64,000 bases of DNA from an uncultured Pelagibacteraceae bacterium (lineage in GTDB: Bacteria > Pseudomonadota > Alphaproteobacteria > Pelagibacterales > Pelagibacteraceae): positions 27,029-91,028 of the forward strand of contig CACLXL010000003.1 of assembly GCA_902610975.1 (NCBI GenBank), written 5' to 3'. Below the pieces are notes generated by a model. That model saw nothing but the letters and a program-made list of their open reading frames with translations. It searched no databases and was not told where the DNA came from. Numbering within the stretch: position 1 is the stretch's first letter; each line of letters starts with the position of its first letter. The translations under genes and the position numbers were made by a program. Positions 52,248 to 62,052 of the stretch are shown in pieces.

Positions 52248-53220
52248 CAGTATCACAAATATCAATAATTAATTTTTTTAATAAAATTTTATGATTAATA
52301 TTTGTATCCGTTTTTATTTTTTTTTCTAGATTGTAGGATTTAGCCAATATACTTTTAACCTTTATTTTATTCCATTTTTTAGCCTGAGCAATCAAATTAG
52401 GTTTATCTTTCCAAAATATTGGGGGTTTAAACTCATTAATTTTTTTTTCAAGATTCTCAGCATTATTAAGGTTGTTTAATTCATTTAGAGTGTTAAGTCT
52501 TTGATTTAATACATTTAAATAAAAGATATTTTTTTCCGCATCTATTATTGTCTCCGTTAATAACTTATTTGTATTATTTTTATTCCCAATTAAAGATGCG
52601 TCTCTCAAATTATTGAAATTATCATTAACTTTCTCGTTCAGTAAAGTCAGTAATTCCTCTGTTGTAATCTTTTTATCCTGAAAATAAGTTATTATTTTTT
52701 CTATTTCATTGTTTAATTTTATTCGGTTAAGGTTGCTGTTTTCTACTATGATATTAATATTAAAATTGGTTAGATTTTTAAATTCTTTTAGTTTTTCCAT
52801 CACAATTTTTTTTATAGTTAACTCATTATCTGGGTAACATGGTACTGAAGCATAACTTTTTGTTTTTTCAAATAAATTTCTAAGTTTTGATTTTTTCTCT
52901 AGCGTATCTGCAAATAAGAAAATTTTTTGATTATCTAAGTCTTTTACTTGTTTTAAAACTTCTACGATCTTGTCATTGCACATATTTATTATAAAATATT
53001 TTCTATCTACAAATAGTGAAATGTTATTTATTTCATTAAAGAGGACGTTAGTATTCCCCAATATTTCTTGCTGATTAAAACTTATTATATCAATATTTTT
53101 TTCTTTTTTTATTTTATCTTTAAACTCATTTTGCAAGCCGATATTTTCTCCATAAAAAAGAATTATATTTTCATTAATTTTGTTAATATCATCCTCAATT
53201 AGGTAACTTTTATATTGCAT
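52237..53220 (-). CDS. holA: DNA polymerase III delta subunit
   Basis: LFYGEN and PPIFWK motifs; leuS-lptE-holA order. Confidence 0.85.
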   Translation of the reverse strand: MQYKSYLIEDDINKINENIILFYGENIGLQNEFKDKIKKEKNIDIISFNQQEILGNTNVLFNEINNISLFVDRKYFIINMCNDKIVEVLKQVKDLDNQKIFLFADTLEKKSKLRNLFEKTKSYASVPCYPDNELTIKKIVMEKLKEFKNLTNFNINIIVENSNLNRIKLNNEIEKIITYFQDKKITTEELLTLLNEKVNDNFNNLRDASLIGNKNNTNKLLTETIIDAEKNIFYLNVLNQRLNTLNELNNLNNAENLEKKINEFKPPIFWKDKPNLIAQAKKWNKIKVKSILAKSYNLEKKIKTDTNINHKILLKKLIIDICDTANS

Positions 53221-53686
53221 TTAATTTCAGTCTTAATTGATCTAAAATTTGATCTGTTATATTTTCAACAAGTAATTCAACAATTTTTTTTTCATTATCT
53301 AGAGTATAAGAATGCTGGTCTGCAACATTGTAACTTCCAGATTTAATTATCTCGAATTGATCTTTCTTTAAACTATTTATTACACTATAAGAAACTTTTA
53401 CTTTAATATTGATTTGGTATTTTGTAATTTCATTTCTAATGTTTTTTTCCTTAACTTTTTTTTCCTTTGTTGTTTCAAGATTTATCTTAATTATTTTTTT
53501 ATCATTCTTAGAAGAGTTAAACAAAAGCCTATTTTTTATTTTGTAATTTATTCTTTTATTGCCAGTGGTTTCTATGCTGACAATATCAAAATTATTTAGC
53601 TCAGAGTAATTTACAACTTTGTATCCGCATCCAAAAAGAAATAATGTTAAAAACAGATATTGGAAAGTTCTTTTAAGCATTATCAT
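53210..53686 (-). CDS. lptE: LPS assembly lipoprotein LptE
   Basis: Lipobox LFGC-GY; lies between leuS and holA. Confidence 0.75.
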   Translation of the reverse strand: MIMLKRTFQYLFLTLFLFGCGYKVVNYSELNNFDIVSIETTGNKRINYKIKNRLLFNSSKNDKKIIKINLETTKEKKVKEKNIRNEITKYQINIKVKVSYSVINSLKKDQFEIIKSGSYNVADQHSYTLDNEKKIVELLVENITDQILDQLRLKLNAI

Positions 53687-53690
53687 TTAA

Positions 53691-56204
53691 TTAAATTATG
53701 TAATTTACAATTTTGTTTTTGACAAAAATAGTTTTTTTAATTTTTTTATTTTCAATGTATTTTCTCGCGTTAGAGTTTTTCAAAATATTTTCATAAATTT
53801 CATTTTGATTAAGATCTTTTTTTATCGATAAAATGTCTCTAGTTTTTCCGTTAATTTGTACTGCAATTTTAATATCCAATACTAGTTTTTTTTCGTCAAT
53901 TTTTGGCCAGCCTTTTTTGTTTTTGCATTTCATTAATTCCAAACATTCATGAGCTAAATGTGGCGTAAACGGTATCATAAGTTTCATTATATAAATTAAG
54001 TTTTTCTTTAAAACCGCATTGCTGATATCAGCTTCCAAATACGTTTTTATAAAATTATAAATCTCATAAAATTGGGCAATTGAAACGTTAAATCTAAAGT
54101 TTTTTATAGAGCTATCAATTTTAAAAATATAATTGTTAATTTGATCTTCAAACTTTTTTTCAATAATTAAATCAATTTTTTTTTCGCTTCTATTGATTAT
54201 CGTAACATTTAAATTCCAAATTTTTTGTAAAAATTTATTTGCTGCTGCTACACCAGTATCTGACCACTGAATGTCTTTTTCTGGAGGACTATCGGATAAA
54301 ATAAACCATCTTACTGAGTCTGCTCCGTATTGGTTAATCATTGTTTCAGGATCAATCGTATTTTTTTTTGATTTTGACATGGACTCTGGCGGGCCAACTT
54401 TCACTTCTGTTTTATCTATTTTTTTAATTACAGTATTAGGATCAATTTTTTCAATTTCATCTGGATATAACCAATTGCCATTCTGATCTTTATAGGATTC
54501 GTGACAAACCATTCCTTGAGTAAATAAATTTTTGAAAGGCTCGTTCACTTTAAAATTTTTTTTAAATTTACTGATACCTTTGGTAAAAAAGCGTGAGTAT
54601 AATAGATGTAAAATAGCATGTTCTATACCCCCGATATACTGATCTACAGGCATCCAATAATTAATTTCCTTTTCATCAAAGGGAGAACTCTTGTGATTTG
54701 GTGAACAAAATCTTAAAAAATACCACGACGAGTCCACAAAAGTATCGAGCGTATCGGTTTCACGAATAGCAGCTTGACCGCTTTCTTTATGCACTGTTTT
54801 TTTCCAACTTGGATGGGTGTCCAAAGGATTTCCAGAGGCCTGAAGATCGATATCATCAGGTAATTCAACTGGTAAATCTTTTTTGTCAACAGGTACTACG
54901 CTTCCATCTTTTAAATAAATCATTGGTATAGGGCAACCCCAATATCTTTGTCTAGAAATACCCCAGTCTTTTAATCTAAACTGGGTTTTACTTTCTCCAA
55001 TTGATTTTTCTTCGATTACTTTAATTATTTTTTCTTTTGCTTTAATCACATCAAGACCATTAAGAAAATCAGAATTGATAATTTTACCGCCTCCAACATA
55101 TGCCTCTTTTAAATTGGAATTTTCATTTCCATTTGAAACGACTTTTAAAATTTCTAACTTATATTTTTTAGCAAAATCGAAATCTCTTTGATCGTGTGCA
55201 GGGCAACCAAATATTGCACCAGTTCCGTAATCCATCAAAACAAAATTTGCGAAGTACACTGGTATTTTTTTATTTTTAATAAAGGGATGCTCAACAAATA
55301 TTCCAGTTTTATAACCCAGCTTGTCTGCATTAGCTAATGCTTCTTCTGTAGTCCCAGTTTTATTACATTCATTCTTAAATTTAAGGAAATCTCTATCATT
55401 TTTAAATTTTGAGCTTAACGAATGATCAACTGATAGTGCAATAAAGCTAGCACCGAATATTGTGTCTGGTCTAGTGGTAAAAACAATAATCTTTTTTTTT
55501 AAATCATTCGATAATCTAAAATTTATCTCACAACCTTGAGACTTACCTATCCAATTTTTTTGCATTGTCTTTACTTTATCGGGCCAACCGCTTAACTTTT
55601 CTAAGTCTTTAAGGAGATCATCGGAAAATTTAGTTATATTAAAAAACCATTGAGATAATTTTTTTCGTTCAACTACAGCATTAGACCTCCATCCTCTACC
55701 ATTAATTACTTGCTCATTAGCTAGCACTGTATTTTCAACGGGATCCCAATTAACGTAAGTTTCTTTACGTGAAACTAGTCCATTATTATAGAAATCTATA
55801 AATAACTCTTGTTGGTGTTTATAATATTCTTTATCACAGGTAGAAATTTCTAAATTCCAATCGATTGATAATCCCAACTGTTTAAGTTGGTTTTTCATTG
55901 TACTAATATTTTTTTTAGTCCATTCTTTTGGATGTTGATTATTTGATTTGGATGCATTTTCTGCTGGTAAACCAAATGCATCCCAACCCATTGGATGTAG
56001 TACACTAAAACCATTCAAATATTTGTACCTAGCAATTACATCCCCAATAGTATAATTTCTCACATGACCCATGTGAATTTTTCCAGAAGGATATGGAAAC
56101 ATTTCTAGACAATAAAATTTTTTACCACCTTTAGTATAAAGGTTTTCTTTTGAGAAAGTATTTTGCCATTTTTTTTCGATTTCTCGGAAACTAAATCTTT
56201 CCAT
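53691..56204 (-). CDS. leuS: Leucine--tRNA ligase
   Basis: [13 protein letters not shown] and SMSKS motifs. Confidence 0.98.
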   Translation of the reverse strand: MERFSFREIEKKWQNTFSKENLYTKGGKKFYCLEMFPYPSGKIHMGHVRNYTIGDVIARYKYLNGFSVLHPMGWDAFGLPAENASKSNNQHPKEWTKKNISTMKNQLKQLGLSIDWNLEISTCDKEYYKHQQELFIDFYNNGLVSRKETYVNWDPVENTVLANEQVINGRGWRSNAVVERKKLSQWFFNITKFSDDLLKDLEKLSGWPDKVKTMQKNWIGKSQGCEINFRLSNDLKKKIIVFTTRPDTIFGASFIALSVDHSLSSKFKNDRDFLKFKNECNKTGTTEEALANADKLGYKTGIFVEHPFIKNKKIPVYFANFVLMDYGTGAIFGCPAHDQRDFDFAKKYKLEILKVVSNGNENSNLKEAYVGGGKIINSDFLNGLDVIKAKEKIIKVIEEKSIGESKTQFRLKDWGISRQRYWGCPIPMIYLKDGSVVPVDKKDLPVELPDDIDLQASGNPLDTHPSWKKTVHKESGQAAIRETDTLDTFVDSSWYFLRFCSPNHKSSPFDEKEINYWMPVDQYIGGIEHAILHLLYSRFFTKGISKFKKNFKVNEPFKNLFTQGMVCHESYKDQNGNWLYPDEIEKIDPNTVIKKIDKTEVKVGPPESMSKSKKNTIDPETMINQYGADSVRWFILSDSPPEKDIQWSDTGVAAANKFLQKIWNLNVTIINRSEKKIDLIIEKKFEDQINNYIFKIDSSIKNFRFNVSIAQFYEIYNFIKTYLEADISNAVLKKNLIYIMKLMIPFTPHLAHECLELMKCKNKKGWPKIDEKKLVLDIKIAVQINGKTRDILSIKKDLNQNEIYENILKNSNARKYIENKKIKKTIFVKNKIVNYII

Positions 56205-56208
56205 TAGA

Positions 56209-56736
56209 CTATTTTTTTTGTTTGTCGGTTTTTTCGAATAATGATGCTTTCCTCAAAATTGTAGAACGCAATTCATCTTTGATTGTGCTAGTATTTATTA
56301 TATTTGTTTTGCAGTTCATGTTTTTATCACAAGACTTTTTGTGAAGAATTATTTTTAAACTATCACTCCTTATTTCATTAGAAAGAAATCTCAAAGTTAT
56401 TTTGATCGATTCATCTAAGTTATTTTCTGAATACCAGTCTGTAATAATCACACCACCAGAATAATCTACAGTTGCTAAAGGTAAAAAATCTAATGTTTCT
56501 AGAGACGCTCTCCACATAGGATTTGAAGTGCTAAACTCATAATTAGTGCCACCGGCTCGTCCAAGAATAGAACCTATTGAAGCTCCTCGTCCTTCCTCTA
56601 TATTTTTTTTTCTTTTTTCTTCAGCCCCAATTGGTCTATTAGGATCCATTTTTGTATTATTTTTGTTACAGCCAACCATCAAAGCTAAACAAAAAAAGAT
56701 TAAAATATTTGAAAATTTAAAATTGAATTTAAACAT
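56209..56736 (-). CDS. DUF3576 family lipoprotein
   Basis: Lipobox MVGC; [14 protein letters not shown]...GGVIITDWY. Confidence 0.85.
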   Translation of the reverse strand: MFKFNFKFSNILIFFCLALMVGCNKNNTKMDPNRPIGAEEKRKKNIEEGRGASIGSILGRAGGTNYEFSTSNPMWRASLETLDFLPLATVDYSGGVIITDWYSENNLDESIKITLRFLSNEIRSDSLKIILHKKSCDKNMNCKTNIINTSTIKDELRSTILRKASLFEKTDKQKK

Positions 56737-56958
56737 CTGAGTAAGGTATTACATTAAAAATTAGCTTGAAAAACTATTTTATCAAATTTTTAATTAATTC
56801 TAATTATTTTGTAAAATAAGGGATAAAATTGGTGATATTTTTGCAACAGATACTTTAAATTTGCCCAAAAAATAGCATATTTCGTGATTTTTAGCATAAT
56901 TCCTATAATTTACCATCAAATTGTAATTACAATTTAAACAATAACATAAAGGAAAAAT

Positions 56959-58011
56959 ATGAAAAATATATCTAAACTATTAGTAGGTATTCTATTTTCT
57001 GCATTAGTTATGGCTCCTTCTTACGCAGGTGAGATGGCAGTAACTGGTGGTGCTACAGCAACATACGTAACAAACGGTGATGATGCTTCAAGCGGTAAGA
57101 ACATAGGTATCTCTAACGAGCTAGACTTCACAGCAAGTGGTGAGCTAGACAATGGTTTCACTTGGAAATACCAAGTGCAATTAGATGATGCTGGTGCAGC
57201 TAACGATGACACAAGATTAGAAATCGGAACAGACATGGGTACAATTGGTTTGTACGTTTCTGAAGGTGGAATGTCAGCTGAATTAGCACACGGTATTGGT
57301 GCATTAGGAACAGGTTTTGACTATGCATCACCTTCTTCATTCGTACATTCATACGATGTTGATGGTTATTCAAACATTCAATACCACACGCCAGCAGACT
57401 TGTTACCATTCGGTATCGGTGTAAAACTAGGTTTTGTACCAAACATGAATGCAACAGGCATGCTATCAGCTAAAGCAGATTCTGGTTTACCAGCAACGCA
57501 AGCTGAAGGTAGAGACTTAACTATGGCGCAAGTATCTGCAGCACCAATTGATGGTTTATCTATCAAAGGTTCAATTGCAGAAACTAACAGTGAAGGTGGA
57601 GATGCTAACGGAGATGACGGTATATCAGCTAACTTAGGTGCTAAATATACAATGGGTCAATTCTCAGTAGGTTACACAGAAGGTGGTTACCAAGCCGCTA
57701 CTGGTGCAGCTGCAAATGATGAAACTATCTACTACGAAAACAAATTCTACGGAGTTCAGTTTGACGTAAATGATAATTTATCAGTATCTTACAACAACGA
57801 TGAGTCAGAGAAAAATACTAGAGCTGCAGTAGCTGTTGCTGCTACAGCTGGTACTAAAACAATAGTAGCTATGGAACAAGAGTCAATCCAATTAGCTTAC
57901 ACTATTGGTGGTGCTACAATTGGTATAGCTGACGTTGAAGTTGATAACGCAGACTACACAGCAGGAAAAACTGAGAGTCAAACAGTTGTTTCATTAGCTA
58001 TTTCTTTCTAA
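56959..58011 (+). CDS. Outer-membrane porin
   Basis: Signal peptide, GELDNG, acidic Gly/Ala-rich beta strands, C-terminal Phe, SD AAGGA, high-expression-type codons (TAC/AAC/GGT). Confidence 0.85.
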   Translation: MKNISKLLVGILFSALVMAPSYAGEMAVTGGATATYVTNGDDASSGKNIGISNELDFTASGELDNGFTWKYQVQLDDAGAANDDTRLEIGTDMGTIGLYVSEGGMSAELAHGIGALGTGFDYASPSSFVHSYDVDGYSNIQYHTPADLLPFGIGVKLGFVPNMNATGMLSAKADSGLPATQAEGRDLTMAQVSAAPIDGLSIKGSIAETNSEGGDANGDDGISANLGAKYTMGQFSVGYTEGGYQAATGAAANDETIYYENKFYGVQFDVNDNLSVSYNNDESEKNTRAAVAVAATAGTKTIVAMEQESIQLAYTIGGATIGIADVEVDNADYTAGKTESQTVVSLAISF

Positions 58012-58030
58012 TAGGAAAAAGTTAATAATT

Positions 58031-58606
58031 TTAAAAAAGCCGGTTAATTATATTAGCCGGCTTTTTTTTTATGTCAGACATAACAGCTAAAAATTCAGAC
58101 TTTATTATTTTTAACTTATTAATATTGGATAGATTGATACCACCTAATGGTACTAAAGTAAGAATACTCTTTAAGGAAAATTGGTTGAATTTATTTACTC
58201 CTAAGAACGACATTTGAGGCTTGTAAGTAACTCTAAATAATCTTGGAAATAATATAACTTTACAGCCTTGTTTTCTTTTTGTTTGAATCTCTAAATGGTT
58301 GTGTGCTGACCCTATGATTTCATAGTTTAATCTCTTCAGATTTAAAGGCTTATAACAATAATTTTTACTTGAAAGATATATTCCATCAGAATTTAATTTG
58401 ACTGCTAGTTTTATATTATTTGCAACAAAAAACTTAATTGTTTTTAATTTACATTTTTTTCTGAAATTTTTTAATTTTGAAATATCTTCTTGTTTTCCAA
58501 GATTTCTGTAAATTATTATAAATTTGTTACGTTTTTTAATGTTTATTAATTCTATATCTTTTATACTTTCAATAATTAAAAAATATTTTTTTTTTAAAAT
58601 AAACAT
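58031..58606 (-). CDS. Thiamine-phosphate synthase-like (TMP-TENI family) protein, divergent
   Basis: DGIYL, GSAHN and PLGGIN motifs. Confidence 0.7.
   Translation of the reverse strand: MFILKKKYFLIIESIKDIELINIKKRNKFIIIYRNLGKQEDISKLKNFRKKCKLKTIKFFVANNIKLAVKLNSDGIYLSSKNYCYKPLNLKRLNYEIIGSAHNHLEIQTKRKQGCKVILFPRLFRVTYKPQMSFLGVNKFNQFSLKSILTLVPLGGINLSNINKLKIIKSEFLAVMSDIKKKPANIINRLF
58033..58070 (+). terminator. Rho-independent terminator of the porin (possibly bidirectional)
   Basis: A6-GCCGGTTAAT-tat-ATTAGCCGGC-T9. Confidence 0.88.
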
Positions 58607-59257
58607 ATGAACAACATAATTGAAAGTTTTGAAAAAATAAATTCTAATATTAGAAGACTGAGTTTAAAACAGAAGATAAATATTGTTGCTGTAAGCAAAA
58701 CGTTTTCTCTTGAACATATAAAACCATTAATTGAGCATGGACATGAACACTATGGTGAAAACAGAGTTCAAGAGGCGGTGACAAAATGGAGTGAATTAAA
58801 ATCTAATAATAGTAAATTAAAATTACATTTAATAGGAAAACTCCAAACCAATAAAGCCAGAGATGCGATAAGACTTTTTGATTATATCCACTCTGTTGAT
58901 AGTCAAAAATTAGCAGATATTTTATCAAAACATCAGACTAACTTAGATAAGCGACTAAAATATTTTATTCAAGTTAATATTGGTAATGAAATTCAAAAAT
59001 CTGGTATACACGTTAACGAGGTAGAGTCTTTTTATAACTATTGTGTTAATAATGCTCGTCTTGATATTCTTGGGCTTATGGTGATTCCACCAAATGATAA
59101 TGATACTAAAAAATACTTCAAGTCTCTAAGTGAATTGAATAAATCTCTTGCTTTACCAGAACTTAGTATGGGTATGTCATCTGATTATATAGATGCAATA
59201 AAATATGGCGCAACATTTGTCAGAATTGGCAGTTCTATTTTTGGTTCTCGATCTTAA
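58607..59257 (+). CDS. yggS: PLP homeostasis protein YggS
   Basis: VAVSKT, GENRVQE and LSMGMS motifs. Confidence 0.95.
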   Translation: MNNIIESFEKINSNIRRLSLKQKINIVAVSKTFSLEHIKPLIEHGHEHYGENRVQEAVTKWSELKSNNSKLKLHLIGKLQTNKARDAIRLFDYIHSVDSQKLADILSKHQTNLDKRLKYFIQVNIGNEIQKSGIHVNEVESFYNYCVNNARLDILGLMVIPPNDNDTKKYFKSLSELNKSLALPELSMGMSSDYIDAIKYGATFVRIGSSIFGSRS

Positions 59258-59735
59258 CTTTAGTATTTATCTTTAAATTTTTAATGATATTTAAAAGATT
59301 TTGTTTTGTTATAGCAACACATCCCTCAGTTTTATTAAATTTCTTTTTAGCAACATGAATGAAGATTGCACTACCCTTGTTCTTAATTACTGGATTCATA
59401 TTGAAATTTAATACAAGAATTAAATCATAAGTATTTTCTTTTCTGAAAAGTTTTTCATAGGTATAGTTAAAAGGCAGTCTTATCAATTGATTATAACTTT
59501 TAGACTTAGGATCATTACACCAGCCCATTTTCCTTGTAATAATAATTTTTCTTAATTTAGTTTTTAATTTTTTTACTCTATCTTTTCTATAAAGAAGGTA
59601 TTTGATTTTATACTGTCCTACTGGGGTTTTAAGATCCCCTTCTTTTATTTTATACCCAATACCTTTCTTACCTATTGCACATTTTACTTTAAAATTGTTA
59701 AAAGTAAGATAATTTTTGTTAATTGTAATATGCAT
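59235..59735 (-). CDS. L,D-transpeptidase family protein
   Basis: EGDLKTP, GSAIFIH and TEGCVA motifs; ATG at 59735. Confidence 0.88.
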   Translation of the reverse strand: MHITINKNYLTFNNFKVKCAIGKKGIGYKIKEGDLKTPVGQYKIKYLLYRKDRVKKLKTKLRKIIITRKMGWCNDPKSKSYNQLIRLPFNYTYEKLFRKENTYDLILVLNFNMNPVIKNKGSAIFIHVAKKKFNKTEGCVAITKQNLLNIIKNLKINTKVKIENQK

Positions 59736-60338
59736 CAATTAAATGTTCTAATTTTTGGCCCTTCTTCATTTATATCCACATTAAATGAACTTAAACCTTT
59801 TTTAAAGTTTAATCATTTTTCTGATTTTAAGGATAAAAAATTCGACATTATTCTGTTTCATGAAGAATCACTTAAGGATAATAAAAAAAAAAATCAGATT
59901 AGTAAAAGTCACTCTTTAAAAATTTTTGTTTCTAGTAAAAATAAAAAACCATCTATTGATTATGACGAGCATTTGCAGATCCCCACAACACTTAAAGAAA
60001 TAAACAATACAGTTGAAAAGATAGTAGCAAAAAAAAAATTTTTCCACAATTCTTCAATTAAAGTTAAAGAGTATTTTATGGATAAAAATGAAAAAAGGTT
60101 GTTTAAAGAAAATAATTTCGTTATTCTAACAGAAAAAGAAATTAAGCTTATCGAATTATTATTAAACAGCGCTGAACCCATTTCCAAAAATAAAATTTTA
60201 TCTTCAGTCTGGAACTACTCTACAAATGCTGACACACATACCGTAGAGACACATATTTATAGGCTGAGAAAAAAGATTAGTAAAAAATTTATGGATGAAA
60301 ATTTTATCCTAAATTATAAAAACGGTTATTCGTTTTGA
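59730..60338 (+). CDS. OmpR-type winged-helix regulator with degenerate receiver domain (CenR-like)
   Basis: LTEKE...VWNY...THTVETHIYRLRKKI...GY; receiver lacks the acidic pocket. Confidence 0.8.
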   Translation: MHQLNVLIFGPSSFISTLNELKPFLKFNHFSDFKDKKFDIILFHEESLKDNKKKNQISKSHSLKIFVSSKNKKPSIDYDEHLQIPTTLKEINNTVEKIVAKKKFFHNSSIKVKEYFMDKNEKRLFKENNFVILTEKEIKLIELLLNSAEPISKNKILSSVWNYSTNADTHTVETHIYRLRKKISKKFMDENFILNYKNGYSF

Positions 60339-60457
60339 AAAAAAGAAATAAATTTGCAAAAGATTTATTTTCACCTAAGTATAGAAAAAGAGTTGTTAAA
60401 CCTAAAAAGGGTAAAGGTAGTTATAAAAGAAAGAAAGTTAATCCAATTTATTCTTAA
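60335..60457 (+). CDS. arfA: ArfA-like alternative ribosome rescue factor (40 aa; not in ORF track)
   Basis: TTG start overlaps the upstream TGA; MKKRNKFAKDLFSPKYRKRVVKPKKGKGSYKRKKVNPIYS carries the KKGKGSY.R signature. Confidence 0.8.
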   Translation: MKKRNKFAKDLFSPKYRKRVVKPKKGKGSYKRKKVNPIYS

Positions 60458-60468
60458 AAATCAATTAA

Positions 60469-61398
60469 TTAGCTTAGCCTTGCACCGATAACCTGAATAA
60501 TTTTCGAGGCCATTTCTGCCCCTTTTTCTAAGCTTTCCTTTGTAGATTTATTATTGATAAAACCATGTAAAAAACCGCTCGCAAATAAGTCTCCTGCACC
60601 AGTTAGATCTTTGATGTGATCAATCTTAAGTGCACTGCACTCTGTAACTTCATCTTTATTAATTGCAATGGCTCCTTTATTACCTCTAGTTACTACAATT
60701 AATTTGTTTATATTCTTTGAGAATTCTATTACTTGTTCTAAATCCTTTGAATTTGTAAGGGACATAATTTCTTGTTCATTTGCAAAAGTAATGTCCAGTT
60801 TATTTTTGACCAATTCTATAAAATGAGGTTTGTGTCTTTCGACACAAAATAAGTCCGATAGAGACATGGCAACTTTTTTTGCGTTATCGATCGCTATCTC
60901 AAAAGCTTTCTTGGGCTCACCTTCATCCCAAAGATATCCCTCTAAAAATAATATTTCACTTTTTCTTACTGAAGAAATATCAATATCTTTCTCACTGATC
61001 TTCCCGGCAGTGCCAAGAAAAGTTACCATTGTTCTCTCAGCGTCTGGAGTAACTAATATTAAGCAAGTTCCAGTAGGTATACTCTCTTTTTTTTTAGAAT
61101 ATAAAAATTTAACACTCTCTTTTTTTAAACCATTTTCGTATTTATTACCTAAATCATCATCACTTATTTTGCCTATAAAACCTACCTCATTCCCAAGTTG
61201 TGAAAGACCAACTATTGTATTTGCAACTGAGCCCCCAGATACAGTTTCCTCTATCTTTAATGAAGATAATAAATTCTTAAATTCATATTCATCTACCAGT
61301 TTCATTGTACTTTTTGTTAAACTGTTCTGAGTGATAAATTTATCGTCGACTTTACAAATTACATCAACAATAGCGTTACCAATTCCTAAAATTTTCAT
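60469..61398 (-). CDS. PfkB family kinase (adenosine kinase-like)
   Basis: GNAIVD, GGSVANT and DLTGAGDLF motifs. Confidence 0.9.
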   Translation of the reverse strand: MKILGIGNAIVDVICKVDDKFITQNSLTKSTMKLVDEYEFKNLLSSLKIEETVSGGSVANTIVGLSQLGNEVGFIGKISDDDLGNKYENGLKKESVKFLYSKKKESIPTGTCLILVTPDAERTMVTFLGTAGKISEKDIDISSVRKSEILFLEGYLWDEGEPKKAFEIAIDNAKKVAMSLSDLFCVERHKPHFIELVKNKLDITFANEQEIMSLTNSKDLEQVIEFSKNINKLIVVTRGNKGAIAINKDEVTECSALKIDHIKDLTGAGDLFASGFLHGFINNKSTKESLEKGAEMASKIIQVIGARLS

Positions 61399-62052
61399 CT
61401 ATGCTTTTTTTGTTTTAATAGGTTTTCTTCTATTTGGATTACAAGCTTTACATATTTTACAAGTTATACCATAACAATCTCTAGCTTTACAATATTCACG
61501 ACCATACCAAATAATTTGTAGATGAAGTCGATTCCAACATTTTTTGGGAAAAATATTCTTTAAATCTTTTTCTGTTTGAAAAACATTTTTACCATTTGTA
61601 AGACCCCATCTTTGGGCAAGCCGGTGTATGTGTGTATCTACGGGAAAGGCAGGAAAACCAAATCCCTGAGACATTACAACACTAGCTGTTTTATGTCCGA
61701 CACCAGGCAGTTGTTCCAGCTCCTCGTATGTTTTGGGTACTTTTCCCTTATATTTTTTAACTAATGTTTTTGACAAATAAAATATACTTTTCGCTTTTAC
61801 CCTAAAAATTCCAATTTTTTTTATTAAACCTTCAATTCTTCTTCTTCCTAATTTTACAAAATGTTCAGGTTTATTAAATTTCGGGTAAATTTTTTTAGTA
61901 ACATTATTAACGTTTACATCAGTGCACTGCGCAGAGAGAAGGACTGAAATTAAAAGAGTAAATGTATTTTTATAATTAAGAGGAACTTTAATATTTGGAT
62001 ATGTATTATTTAATATTTTTATAATAAACTTAGCTTTTTTTTTAATATTCAC
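61399..62052 (-). CDS. nth: Endonuclease III
   Basis: LLSAQCTD, LPGVGHKTA, VDTHIHR and a Cys cluster. Confidence 0.95.
   Translation of the reverse strand: MNIKKKAKFIIKILNNTYPNIKVPLNYKNTFTLLISVLLSAQCTDVNVNNVTKKIYPKFNKPEHFVKLGRRRIEGLIKKIGIFRVKAKSIFYLSKTLVKKYKGKVPKTYEELEQLPGVGHKTASVVMSQGFGFPAFPVDTHIHRLAQRWGLTNGKNVFQTEKDLKNIFPKKCWNRLHLQIIWYGREYCKARDCYGITCKICKACNPNRRKPIKTKKA

Noticed and set aside
55761-55776. parS-like TTCTTTACGTGAAACT in leuS
   Set aside because: Only one good half-site (12/16); explained by the codons for VSRKE.
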